Assembly (NCBI RefSeq): GCF_006345805.1
Contig: NC_043008.1
Coordinates: 15,252,001-15,316,000, forward strand
DNA length: 64,000 bases
Source: Octopus sinensis
Lineage: Eukaryota
Reading direction: 5' to 3'
Shown here: positions 11,958 to 23,990 of the stretch, piece after piece
How the letters are laid out: the number at the start of each line of letters is the position of its first letter
Position numbering within the stretch: position 1 is the first letter of the stretch
Program-made: the position numbers and the translations under genes
The notes under the pieces: model-generated
The model's database searches: none
Told to the model about the DNA's origin: nothing
What the model saw: only the letters and a program-made list of their open reading frames with translations

Positions 11958-12800
11958 TTAATGAGCGCATAAACAAAACGCGATCATTGAGACACCGACG
12001 TTGCTCACATCTATCCAGAAACACCGGGAGGTGCATATCGGTAATGTAATTACTAATCCTTGTTAGATCTTAATGGAACCAACTCTCAGAATTGACGACA
12101 AAAGACTCTCACTTAAAATCGTTCCCTTAAACGCAAGGACTGCAAAGATCTAATCGATGGCAGTTAAATGAAAGCGACATAAACACATTAGCAAAGAATA
12201 TAGATTTATACGGATTACTTTGATGTTCATTCATCAGACACACCTGTGGCAATTTTGTGCTTCAAAGATTCTCTTCACTTATTTGGAACTAACTTCTAAG
12301 TTTTTTTTATTATTATTAGGTTACCAGCAAAGAACGTATGCGCCTTTTCTTTGAAGTTTTGTTTTCGAAGTTTCAAGAATCCCGGAAAATTAAAATCAAG
12401 AGATTTTTATAGAGATATGTAAACGTCTTATTATTTTTTTTTGCTTACCCATATATCCTAATATATCTCAATGGTTGTTATATAATTATATCAAATTTAT
12501 TATTGGAAATAATATTTACAGAAAATAATTTGTTTTCTTTTGCTTTACCTTGTATAATATAAATTGGATGTCATGAGCATCTTCTATAATATAACTAGTG
12601 ATATTGTCTTTGATTACCTGAGTGTTGTTTGAGGAGAATTATATGATTATATTTGTTTTGACCAAAAGATGAGATATAAGACTAACACAAGAGGATTTCT
12701 ATAAATATATTAGATCGAAGAAGTAGAGCATATGTAATCATTTCTAGAAAAATACCCAAAATTTATATATTGTTCTATCGTCTTGTGTTTTTTCTTGACT

Positions 12801-12831
12801 TGTTTGACCCCTGCACCGGGTCAAACACTAG
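12801..12831 (+). other. 10-bp hairpin followed by CTAG (Helitron 3'-end-like)
   Basis: tgtttgaccc ctgcacc gggtcaaaca CTAG. A second gggtcaa..CTAG|T occurs near 12969-12986. Confidence 0.3.
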
Positions 12832-15189
12832 AGTTTATAGGTCATATTCTGACAATGTGAATTTTCCGAGTCCTCTCGTCGATCCCCGTTCGTGAGCGCA
12901 CATTTTTTCGTATTCATTTATAGCAAGTTATTTTAAACCTATTACACTATTTTTTAAATTTTTTTACTCGGGTCAAGCCCTCTAGTTCGATCAGAACGGG
13001 AATAAACGACATTTTCACACATTCTTTTGATATAAAAGCCGCATAAACAAACTTTCTATGGTATTACTACACCATTGAATTTGTCTTCGTTTATTGTCAT
13101 CCCCATGCACATTTTACATTGCTCAAAGTGTTTTTCGAACATTTATATCACACACAGACACAAACACAAACACAAGCACAGACACATTTACTCTCTCACT
13201 CATACACAATCACACTCTTATACATGCAAACAGAAATGCGTTATAAGCATACACGAGATACAAATGGTCACGTTAGTGACAGCTGCCCGCCTTACTGTAA
13301 CATAATCTTCTCAGTTGTAAACTTCTTCATACATTCGGCTTAAAAGTTCTTGACAGAAGGCGAATAACACCGGCAGCGAATTCTACCTCAGTGTGACCGA
13401 TGTTAATTGACCAACCATATCTCATCTACAGAGGTTTTTTTGTGAATCCTAAAATATCTCAAACACCAAATTTATATACAAATAATATCGTGACCTGACA
13501 ACGACACATCTGTTTACCCCGTCACTTTCACACTTGATTGAACCTTAATGTTTTAACGAAATTCCGTACCAAACCAAAATAACTCTCTTCACGATACCCT
13601 GCTATTAACCGACACACAAAAAGATAAGATACTAAGATATCTGTTTCTATATACGCCTTCCTACACTGACTCTTTCCCTGTCACTACATCACTCTTAATT
13701 CTCATTCACATTACTCCTATTACAAAAAAAAACCCCACAAAAACAAAGAAACAACAAAAAAAACAGCAACCACTCCTACATTTTATAAAGTCAGTAAGAA
13801 CCAGTGAAAATCACTGTCTGGTGATTGCTAGCAAGCCGAAACTTCGAAATCCCAGTCAGCATTTTCCTTGCAGAAATTAAGAAATCTGTACCTACTATAC
13901 TTACTAAAAGTTAATTCAACATTAAATTGTTATATATAGCTTGGCATAGACACAGACACACATATATACTGTGGAGTAGCGATATGTCAAAGGCATTCAC
14001 AAACATTAAGCTGCATGTACAGTGAGTCTTGAATTTAATTAATTCAAGCTACTTCTCTGAAATATTTGACGTGTTTTGTGCTATGGAAACGAAGCAAAAC
14101 GAAACAAATAGTATATAGTAGAATATATCTAAATGGGTAAAACTGACACTTGTAAATTTAATGTTTGGATAACGCATCAATGACACAACACAGCATTTAT
14201 TTAGCCATTATCATTCAGAGGAAACGCGTCGACAAATTAAACTAACATATCTGAAAGTATTAAAGATCAAACTAAATTTTATGTCATTATAATTACATTC
14301 AAATTTTACTTCAATGTGGAGTATTTCAGAACATCGCTTTATGTCATACCATCGCCATCCTACCCAATTTCCGTTTAATACTATCTTAATGTACATATGG
14401 CTGATAAACTATTTGACATAATAGAAATGACAAAATATAAACCAAACACCATCACAGGTGATGTGATTGAATAAATTCATTTAACGTCAACATAAATCTT
14501 ACAAAGTAAATTATCTGGTGTGTAGCTGATGGCTTTTGATCTACAGGCATTATTTCACAATTTTATTGAAATATTCTAATAGTCTCGAGGACATTGACTA
14601 CAATTATATTGACTGCTTTTCCCCTGTCTATAAGTGTTTGTTCAGGAATTATATACAAAATAAACGCAGCCTTCGTGATAATATTTACTTCTTTCCATAA
14701 TAAAATAAGATTTTCAAACACACTGCACACCTAGAGTACACAAAGGCAGTGTAGACATTTCTTTCCCTCACTTTGATTGAAAACAACCGTAGCAAAACAA
14801 CATAACTGACATTATTAGCTTGGATATGATAAATAAAGAAACAATACGCATGAAGTTAAGCAGGATTCCATTGTTGAATATGACTGATGAAAGCATTACT
14901 TTTTGTAACCCCATTCTAACAGTTTATTGTTAATAAGATAGTAATTCTTGACTTATTGACTTTGTTTCTGACAAGATATTTAGTCAAATATTTGATGGCT
15001 TCAAACAGTCATATTAGTAGATACCAATTCTTAACTAATCTACAGAAGGGATTTGCATATGATTTGATTTGGTACATATTCATATATATCCTATATATGA
15101 GAAAATTCAAACCCATGGGATTATTTTGCGCCATTGCTGGTATATTTCTACAATATGTATTGAAGTATTGAGACATGAAATGTTAAGTA

Positions 15190-15755
15190 TTGGGTTGTCC
15201 GGAAAGTTCATGCCGATTTATAGTAGCTTATCTTTCGACTTATTTTAGAACAAGGTTGAGTCCATAAAACAGGATCTGACTACACCTCCATTTAGAGCAC
15301 AGTTTAAGCTATCATTTCGTGGAAGAAGGTTTATGTTCCTATAACCTGTATTAATTCTGTAACCCTTTAAAATGGAAGATAAGAAAGTTCATTTTCGGCA
15401 CTTGATGCTTTGGGAACCAGACAAATATTGCTGCAGCTCGGCTGGGATGTGTTACCCCACCTTGCATATTCACCAGATATTGCTTCTTCGGATTTCCACT
15501 TATTCAGTTCTCTGCAAAATAGTCTTAATGGTGAAAATTTCAATTCCTTGGATGACGTAAAAAGATACCTTGATGAATTCTTTGCCACGAAACCACCTCA
15601 ATTCTGGGAAGGGGGTATTTTCAAATTAAAGGAAAGATAGAAACGCATTGTGCTACAAAATGGTTCATATTTGGTTGATTAAAAATGTAATGGCAAGTAT
15701 TTATTGACATTTTTCTTTCCTTTAAAAATCGGCACAAACTTTCCGGACAACTCAA
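15190..15755 (+). mobile_element. Internally deleted non-autonomous mariner with both TIRs and TA TSDs
   Basis: TA-ttgggttgtccggaaagttcatgccgattt ... aaatcggcacaaactttccggacaactcaa-TA. MEDKKVHFRHLMLWE is fused directly to LGWDVLPHLAYSPDIASSDFHLF...GIFKLKER*. Confidence 0.96.
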
Positions 15756-16386
15756 TATATACTAAATTAATAGTGCTGACTAAATGCAGATTAATTAAAA
15801 TATTAAATTATTTTTCAAAATATATTTCTTGCCGGATGATTTCCAATATAAAGATTTAACGTGTTAGAGCCTTTTCTGTGTCTTTCAATAGTATTATCCT
15901 ATATCTAATTCTATGATCACGATTACAGAACGCCTTCATAAATATATAGACGGGAACATTTAAGGATTAGACATAGAATATGAAATCATGAAGGATATAT
16001 CAAGCGCTTCGTTATCTTTTAATGGTCTTAAGATAAATCATAACGTTTGTTTATAACAAAGCTTCCTGGGTTGCTTGTACTGCATGTTTCGTAATCCAAC
16101 AGTTTTCAAGTTGGTGAATACTCAATAATAATTAAGATTTGATTAAATACATTCGTAAACTATAACTAAAATATAATAGTTTTATGTTCAATCAATGCTG
16201 TAACGATACGCTTAGAACCAATTCCGCAATGTGATAACTTACATTTTTTATTGAACCGGGATGGAAATTTAAATTTTTATGCATAATCTTAAAACATCAT
16301 ATTCTTATGTTTCTAAATTTGTAAGCAGCACTTCCGACAGAAGAATTATAGAACATGGTTCAGAAAGGAAATAATAGTTCATTGAT

Positions 16387-16434
16387 TCCTTCCTTCCTTC
16401 CTTCCTTCCTTCCTTCCTTCCTCCCTCCCTCCCC
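16387..16434. repeat. (TTCC)n microsatellite
   Basis: Direct reading. Confidence 0.9.
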
Positions 16435-17459
16435 CATTCATTCTGTGTTTTTTTTATTGCTTTCCGCTCCCTCCATGCTTCTACTAAACTCTATTAATAA
16501 AGATAGAGTAAGAGTTATGCTGTTCTTATTTCAAGAATGTGATGCCGTTTCATTTCTAAAATTAAAATTTATTTGCGTCACTAGTGGAGATGTGGAAAAG
16601 ATATATTCGTTACATTCCCAATGCCTTTCCATTCCTTGATATGTGAAGCATACATGCGTACTCTAAAGAATTGATACGAATATGTTATGTTCTTTAACGA
16701 ACATATAAATGTATTTCTTTACAGGTGGTGAACGGCTTAAAAAGATGAAAAAAATGGTATGTAAAAAATGGTAACAGCATAATTAAATTATTGAATTTGA
16801 TAATTATTGTGTCGAATCAAAAAGAAAATATTTGCAACAGTGTTAGGTGATAAAAAATTTGCTGACATCCATTATATTTGATACAGATTGTATTTGCAAT
16901 GTGCGCTGAGGCATTCACTCACAATGCATCAATTATTATTGGTAAAAATGGAAATTTATAAACTGGCTTTAGAACTTGGAAGCACCGAAGCAGTTGTCCG
17001 TAATTATCCGTGATTTTAAAAATATATATTCATGTCAGCAGGGCAGCCTGTATTTATGTATATCTGCGTGTCGTGTATGTATGTGTGTATTACAAACAGG
17101 TATGTATTTATGCATGTGAAATATGTAAGAAAAATATGCAAACTTCCAGAACTGATATAATGGAAGTTAAATTCAATACATTTCAGTTTATTTTCCTTTC
17201 CTTTTACAGCATAAGTCTATCGCCTAAGGCGTGTTAGAAATAACGCTGGTATTGGCGGGATTCCCCTTCACAGTAAAAGTGAAAGTAAATGAATAATTTA
17301 ATGCTTGACTGATTAAAACTGTTTATGTTTACATGTCTCTGCGCTAAGTCTGTGTTACTCTCGTATATAAGAAAAGAATCATCTTCCCACTCATTCAAGG
17401 AGCCACTAACAGAGGGTCTTAGTAGTGAATAGTCATCATGGATGATAAATATCTTATAA

Positions 17460-17626
17460 GGCGCAGGAGTGGCTGTGTGGTAAGTAGCTTGATTACCAAC
17501 CACATGGTTCCGGGTTCAGTCCCACTGCATGGCATCTTGGGCAAGTGTCTTCTACTATAGTATATCCTCGGGCCGACCAAAATCTTGTGAATGGATTTGG
17601 TAGGCGGAAACTGGAAGAAGCCCGTC

Positions 17627-17674
<48 letters not shown>

Positions 17675-17850
17675 TTGTCACCCTAGCATTGCTTAACAAC
17701 CGATGCAGGTGTGTATATGTCCCCGTCACTTAGCGGTTCGACAAAAGAGATCGATAGAATAAGTACTAGGCTTACAAAGAATAAGTCCTGGGGTCGATTT
17801 GCTCGACTAAAGGCGGTGCTCCAGCATGGCCGCATTCAAAGCAAAGAGAG
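17460..17850 (+). mobile_element. SINE family A
   Basis: Colinear with 10737-11160. Confidence 0.93.
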
Positions 17851-18229
17851 TATATATATATACACATTTTGTTTGTATGGATATAGATGAAATTCATTAA
17901 TTCCCATTTATATTTATCTATATCTTTACACACACTCATACGCATACACACATGCATACACACAGGCACACACACAGATGCACACATACACATACACGCA
18001 TATATTAGCCTGGTTCTATCTAATTTCCAATTACTAAGGGGACACTCGTGATGAATAGATGCCTTCATTATACATATTAAAATGTACCTTTGGAGGTTTA
18101 TGAATGTCTAATCGCCCCACGTAGTCGCACACACACACACACCAGCCTACACACACTACCACCCTCCCACACACATCCATACACCCACCCACACTTATAT
18201 ATAGAAACCCCTATGCCCGCACACACGCC

Positions 18230-18260
<31 letters not shown>

Positions 18261-18394
18261 ACGGGGGATAAAATTAATTTCTTTTTGCCCGGGAATCTCT
18301 CTTTTTAAAGTAGAGGAAATAGCTAAGGTTCTCTGGCTGCTATTTCTAATCTTCGGTTTGTTGTAAAGCAAATCTTTGCTGAGCCCTAATTATA

Positions 18395-18399
18395 ATATG

Positions 18400-18479
<80 letters not shown>

Positions 18480-18512
18480 AAATATATATTTGTATATATA
18501 TATATATATATA
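18395..18512. repeat. (TA)n microsatellite
   Basis: Direct reading. Confidence 0.95.
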
Positions 18513-19489
18513 AATCATTGAAAATCAACAGGAGACTTAAGGCAATATGTTACTATACTCTGATGGATGATTTTAATGAAAAACAAAACACAAGAAAATG
18601 CAACTCTTAAGATGTAGACTGTGAAGAAAGTTCATCTATATATCTCAACTGACAAGTTATAACTCATTTAATCAGTCCATTTATGTAAGAGCTCTGAGAG
18701 AAAAAAAATGAACTGTTTATGTAAATTTATTGCAAGAATAGGTTTCTCTTGGGAATAAAATAGATCGATAACTTTTGAGAATTTTGTTGGAGAATATTTG
18801 AGAGCGATATAAAAAGAAAGTTTACTATGAAAGTGATCTCATTATAAGGTCAGACAATTTTTACAAAAGAAATAATCAGCGAATTCCATTTTTGACGTAT
18901 TTAATATTTGGAAACATCTAGATTGTCTCTGGTATTTGTAATTGGATTATATAAGAAGCATAATAAATGAATTATATTCGGTTTTGTCTTCATTAGAATA
19001 TTCTTGAGACACACACGTTGACCAAATTACTTTTTTGGTTTTATTTAATAAATTCAAGATTAGGAAAATATTTATATGTTGCATCTACCACATTGAATAA
19101 TTACTGAAACAATGTAACGTGTTTCTGTCTGTTAACCGAGGGATTTACATTAAATCTTTCTATTTATAAACGAAACTAATTTTTCTCTCACTTTTGTTTT
19201 TGTCATCTGTACGTTTATGTTACAGCAAGATGTTGTTTAATTGAGATTATTCTAGCTATTAAAACATTATGCGGTTCAGAAAATCTTCTCTTTTTGGACA
19301 TTTCTTTATAATATATTGCTGAATATTTGTTTTTTAACCTACGAACAAGGTCATACGCTTTGTGGTGATTAAACTATCGAATATATCAACTCTATTACAT
19401 AAAGGCTACTTCAGATACTCCCCTCCCACCGCCCCAGAATGACGGAGAGGTAAAGACGACCACATCAGGTCTTATACTCCGAACATGAA

Positions 19490-19735
19490 ATGGATATATG
19501 GCTTCGGGTTAAGTCTCGTTGCGCAGTAAGTACCTTCTAATGTAACCCCGGACCTACAATGCCTTCTGAAGTAGGCGGAAACTAAATAGAAACCTGTCAT
19601 ATATATATATACATTCGTGTGTGTGTGTTTGTCGTACCACACTGCTTGACAACTAGTGCTGGCTTCTTTACCTTCATGTAATCTAGTGGTTCGGTATCAA
19701 TGACCGAGAGGATATCAGACTTTAAACAATTCTTA
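19490..19735 (+). mobile_element. Old, diverged SINE family A copy
   Basis: gtaggcggaaact..., cactgcttgacaactagtgctgg and tagtggttcgg blocks match family A. Confidence 0.65.
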
Positions 19736-19737
19736 AG

Positions 19738-19874
19738 TTGACTTAATTAATTAAACCCCAAAAGGATGAAAGGCAAAGTCGACCTCGGCGGAATTTGAAC
19801 TCAGAACGTAACGGCAGACGAAACACCGCTAAGAATTTCGCCTAGCGTGCTAATGCTTTTACCAGCTCGCCGCC
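19738..19874 (-). mobile_element. tRNA-derived SINE, family B, 3'-truncated
   Basis: Reverse complement of ggcggcgagctgg...gttctgagttcaaattccgccgaggtcgactttgcctttcatcc. Confidence 0.9.
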
Positions 19875-20089
19875 TATCGGTGTATAGTATTACAACAATA
19901 GCGTGTAGCAAAGTAATGACATTTGTATTGTAGTGTTGTAACTATCTGCCTATGATATTTGCTATGATTTTGTATTTGCTCGATAGATTTTACATCCTCG
20001 CAAATATAGATTTAGTTCTTTAGTTTGCTGTGGAAACTATAAAATTGGATAGAAGTTTTGTTTGAGAATCAAGATAAAAAGCAACACTT

Positions 20090-20615
20090 TTAGATAAATA
20101 CAGTAGCGGAGTTTAAAAACATAGGTTGGAAAGTAGCGGCCTCATAGCCATATGTACTGTACTTTAGTATATCATATGGTACATGGCATTTATTACGCCG
20201 AGTTATTTCACGTAAGTGACAACTGAAATAGGAAAAGTTTAGCTTATTCAGTACAATACGCATCAAACTGATAAGAAATGCAAAAGAGTGTGGGAAAAAT
20301 TTTATCCGTATAAACCTCATGTTTGGAGTTTATACGGACAAAATTGTGTTTAGCGTACTACGAGACCTTTTTGTTATTATTCGAGTTCTTTAGCTCCATA
20401 TTATTCAATAGAAAAGATGTAGGGCACATTGAAAACACTTTACTCTTTTCAAACCGTATATTTAGAATTGTATTATCCAACTCATCATTCTCTTCTCTTT
20501 TCAGACCGCAGAGAGTTTTGTGATGGAAATTCACTTCCTATTTCTAGTAGATAGAGCGATCAGCTACAGGCATAAGCTTTTTTATTGGTTCTTTGGAATA
20601 AATGTAGCGTTCGAC
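20090..20615 (-). pseudogene. Decayed class A GPCR-like exon (TM3-TM7)
   Basis: Strong acceptor ttctttatttttcag| followed by VERYIYSKEP, then across frameshifts TNKKAYACS*(W)SLYLL, FFPHSFAFLISLMRIVLN, LREITR..CHVPYDIL and FLNSATVFI*. The motifs are in the right order, but the match is by eye. Confidence 0.38.
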
Positions 20616-20739
20616 CTGAAAAATAAAGAACACGCATGCACATAAAAGTGTGGAGTTTTGAGATTTGTGGTACTAGGTTAAATCGTTCGAGTAGTTGCCA
20701 TGTGCAACAAGATAATCTAGATTAATAATGAGGTGAAAG

Positions 20740-20960
20740 CGCGTGAGAGAATGCGAGGGAGAGAGAGAGAAGGAGACAGAGAGAGTGAGAGAGAAAGAGA
20801 AAGTGAAAGTAAGAGGAAGGAGGGAGGTGGGTATGATGAGGTGGGGGTGAGAGAGAAGGAGAGTGATAAAGATACAGGCAAAAGACAAAGAGAAAAGCTT
20901 AGAAGGAAAGAGAGAAAGGGAGAGAAAGAGCGCGAAGACAAAGTACAAAGGAACCGATAA
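20740..20960. repeat. (GA)-rich low-complexity tract
   Basis: Direct reading. Confidence 0.85.
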
Positions 20961-21432
20961 AGATTTTACATTTTAAATAAGATATATTTTATCGATCTGG
21001 TGGAGAGTTTTTTTCCAGTTAAAGTCAAGAAGCCCATTAATCAGAACAGATGTAACAGCTTATGCATAGAATTTGATAGCCATTAACTACTAAAATATAG
21101 TTTCACTGTAAATAAAAGTGCAACTCTTTTTGAGACAGACTTGAAAATATGGTCTTAGAACATAGAAAACCATGAGTTTTATAACGTATATTGATATTGT
21201 TAGAATTATTTATTTCTGATTAAGGCGTATTTTCATGTGAATATATGTACGCGTGTCTGATGGTGGATGCGATCCGGTTCTCTGAAAAAACAACTTTTGC
21301 GTTTTGGATATCAATAAAATTTAAAACAGTTTGTTATACTTTAATGGAATCTATGGTGAAAGAGTTAATTCTAGGAAATGCAGAATTCTGAGACACTGTC
21401 GGATATTAACAATGGATATTTAATGAATGAAG

Positions 21433-21476
21433 TATGGATTAGGATAAAACGTGAGATCGTTTTATCCTAATCCATA
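21433..21476. other. Perfect 19-bp hairpin
   Basis: tatggattaggataaaacg tgagat cgttttatcctaatccata. Confidence 0.9.
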
Positions 21477-21545
21477 TGGCATAAAGAATTTCGTTAAATT
21501 AAAGTCTGTGTAACTTTTCATATGTATAAATATTTACATTTTTTT

Positions 21546-22029
21546 AAATACTGATAGGGCACAGAAAGTGCGTCAATAGCCAGCTGGAGGAGGTGTCCTC
21601 CAGGGACTACAAGCTACAGTAGCATTCACCCTTAAGGGTTAGCCACATTTAAGTGACAAATATACTTCACGGTGTCGTGCAGCTACTGTTTATACCTCGC
21701 TCAGAGATTTAGTATTGCTTGTTTACACTTTTTCGATATCAGTGACTTTTCGTCACTGGAAAAAGTATATATATATTTGCAAGGGGAATCCACTTTTCTT
21801 CGGCAATCAGTGATTGTCACACGCTGATGACGGGCCAATACCCAGAAACTCGAATCCGTGTGTATCGTGTCAGATTGAAGATGGGAAGAATGGCTTCCCT
21901 TTGCAAATACTGATAGGGCACAGAAAGTCTGTTATAGCCAGCTGGGGGAGGTGTCCTCATGGGGCTACAAGCTACAGTAGCATCCACCCTTAAGGGTTAG
22001 CAACATTTAAGTGACAGATATACTTCACG
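21546..22029 (+). mobile_element. Retrozyme-like element: ~359-bp structured monomer in 1.35 tandem copies with a type I hammerhead
   Basis: Direct repeats 21546-21671 and 21905-22029 (aaatactgatagggcacagaaag...tatacttcacg), several internal hairpins, and a hammerhead at 21818-21862. Confidence 0.72.
21818..21862 (+). ncRNA. Type I hammerhead ribozyme, near intact
   Basis: cacacg-CTGATGA-CGGG ccaata CCCA-GAAA-C TCGA AT-C-cgtgtg. Perfect 6-bp stem I and an intact core. Stem III is one substitution from the palindrome ACTCGAGT. Predicted cleavage is after C21856. Confidence 0.82.
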
Positions 22030-22382
22030 ATACATTTATTTTGTTTTCCATATATTTAATACACCGTATATATTGATCTAATTTGCTTATCCCTACATCT
22101 ACCTCTATATCCCTACATCTACCTCTCTTGAGCACGTTTAAGTGTATTCTATACGAAGAATATTTGGATCTCATCTATGAACTATTTAAAAGTTCTCATA
22201 TATAAAAATGAGGTTAATATTTCAAAATATATAATCACATTGGCAATCAATAACTCTCCAGACATCTTAACATTTAACTAGCTTTTAGTTAAAACGCCTC
22301 CAATAAATTTTAATACGTTACGGCTAATGGAAAACATTGCATTTTGCTGGTGAAAAGCATAATTGATTATATCATATTTACT

Positions 22383-22810
22383 GGATCTTTTCGGTTTGAA
22401 CGGCAGTTTTTTTCTAGCGGTGTCATATGAATGTGTCACCCATAATTATGATCCTAGTATCGATCTTTTGCATTTTAATCTGTTTTAGGGTTAGGGTTAG
22501 AGTTAGGGTTAGTTAGGGGTGAGGGAAGGGTATCCTTTTTTCAGAAATGTAAGTAAACCCAATCTGTTTCTTAAACGAGGGACATATTCATACAGCACAG
22601 AATGTTTTCACCTCAATAGACGTCATTGATTGTCGAAATTGCAGAAATTGAAAAAAAAACAACAACAAATATCTTACAAACTATAGAATTTTCTCAATAA
22701 AGCCAAGAGAAAAAGATGTTTTATAAACACATTCTACCAGTATACGAAGTTTAAAAGTGTTTAGTTACGTGGAAATTATGTTAAAACTGCCGTTCAAACC
22801 GAAAAGATCC
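22383..22810. mobile_element. MITE with perfect 28-bp TIRs and internal telomere-like repeats
   Basis: ggatcttttcggtttgaacggcagtttt (22383-22410) and its exact reverse complement (22783-22810). TTAGGG-like array at 22485-22530. TSD unclear. Confidence 0.9.
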
Positions 22811-23262
22811 TATTCACTTGTTTCATAATTTATATCATTAATAATCCCACACGGCAACAGGGAAACAAGAACACGGAACAGGATTTTTGGAATAACGGTG
22901 AGGGTCTATATCACATTTTAAGTAATAATTTTTTTGTTTTACGATTATTTGATTTAGCAAAATCTGTGTTAGAATCACGAACTTTAAAAGTATTAAGGAA
23001 TGAACGACATTACTTGAATAAGATATTTGTTGAATCTGCATTTGCTATCGGAAAATAAAAATGTCGGCGTTTTAAGATCAGTCACAGGTGAATTCGACTT
23101 TACTACCATAACAAAAGTTTGAAAGAAATGTTAACTTTGTAAAAGATAACTTTAGGCATATGTAGCAGTAGCGTCGGAAATATATAAGCAAAAGAGATTA
23201 TTTTGATGTTGGAAACTTGAGTCATATTTTACATCAGGATAATTCTTAAGGAAATATAGAGA

Positions 23263-23543
23263 TAAGCGCAGCCGTGGCTGTGTAGTAAGAAATTCACTTC
23301 CTAACCACATAGTTGCCTTGTGAGTGGATTTTATAGACGGAAACTGAGAGAAGCTCGTCGCGTGCACACATATATATATATATGTTATATATATATATAT
23401 ACAAATATATAATTAAAATATGCACACGTGTATGTACACACACACACACAAACACACACACACGCACACACACACAAACACACACATACACACACACACG
23501 CACACACACAAACACACACACACACACGAACGCACGCACACAA

Positions 23544-23600
<57 letters not shown>
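23263..23600 (+). mobile_element. Internally deleted SINE family A head followed by its expanded (TA)/(CA) tract
   Basis: gcgcagccgtggctgtgtagtaag...gccttgtgagtggattttatagacggaaactgagagaagctcgtcg. Confidence 0.8.
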
Positions 23601-23602
<2 letters not shown>

Positions 23603-23780
23603 ATTGGATGGCCATATAGCGGTACATAAGCTGACTCAGGAAATCTCTAGTAAGGCTTTTTATTGATGTAACCAGATTGACCCACAACGAGTCGAAACGT
23701 GTCATACCCATTAAATATTTTACTCATTCCATCTATTTCATTAATACTATTACCCCAACCACCACTAAGTTCCTGAGAAG

Positions 23781-23990
23781 AGACGGTGATCTGGCAGAAT
23801 CGGTAGCACACCGGGCAAAATGCTTAGCATCATTTCGTCCATTTTCCCTCCTGAGTTGAAATTCCGCTGAGATCAACTTCATTCCTTCGAGATCGATAAA
23901 TTAAGTACCAGTTGAGCACTGGAATCGATGTAATCGATTACTCCCACCTAATAAAATTGCTGTCTTTGTGTCAAAATTTGAAACAAATAT
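23781..23990 (+). mobile_element. Diverged SINE family B
   Basis: gatctggcagaatcggtagcacaccgggcaaaatgcttagc...gataaattaagtaccagttgagcactgg. Confidence 0.85.

Noticed and set aside
18258-18395. (TA)n-flanked insert with minus-strand CCGAAGA and an 8-bp hairpin
   Set aside because: No GAAA follows the stem. It is probably a repeat, but not a supportable ribozyme.
21590-21640. CTACAAGC motif resembling a twister ribozyme L4 loop, inside the direct repeats
   Set aside because: No P4 stem around it and no correctly placed GA-plus-T1 partner.
22485-22530. True telomere or chromosome end
   Set aside because: Short, degenerate, and enclosed by MITE TIRs.
23671-23706. GAC..GTC-GAAACGT after (TA)n, a possible seventh hammerhead
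   Set aside because: The CUGANGA half is unrecognisable and stem I cannot be formed. It may be a relic, but I cannot support it.
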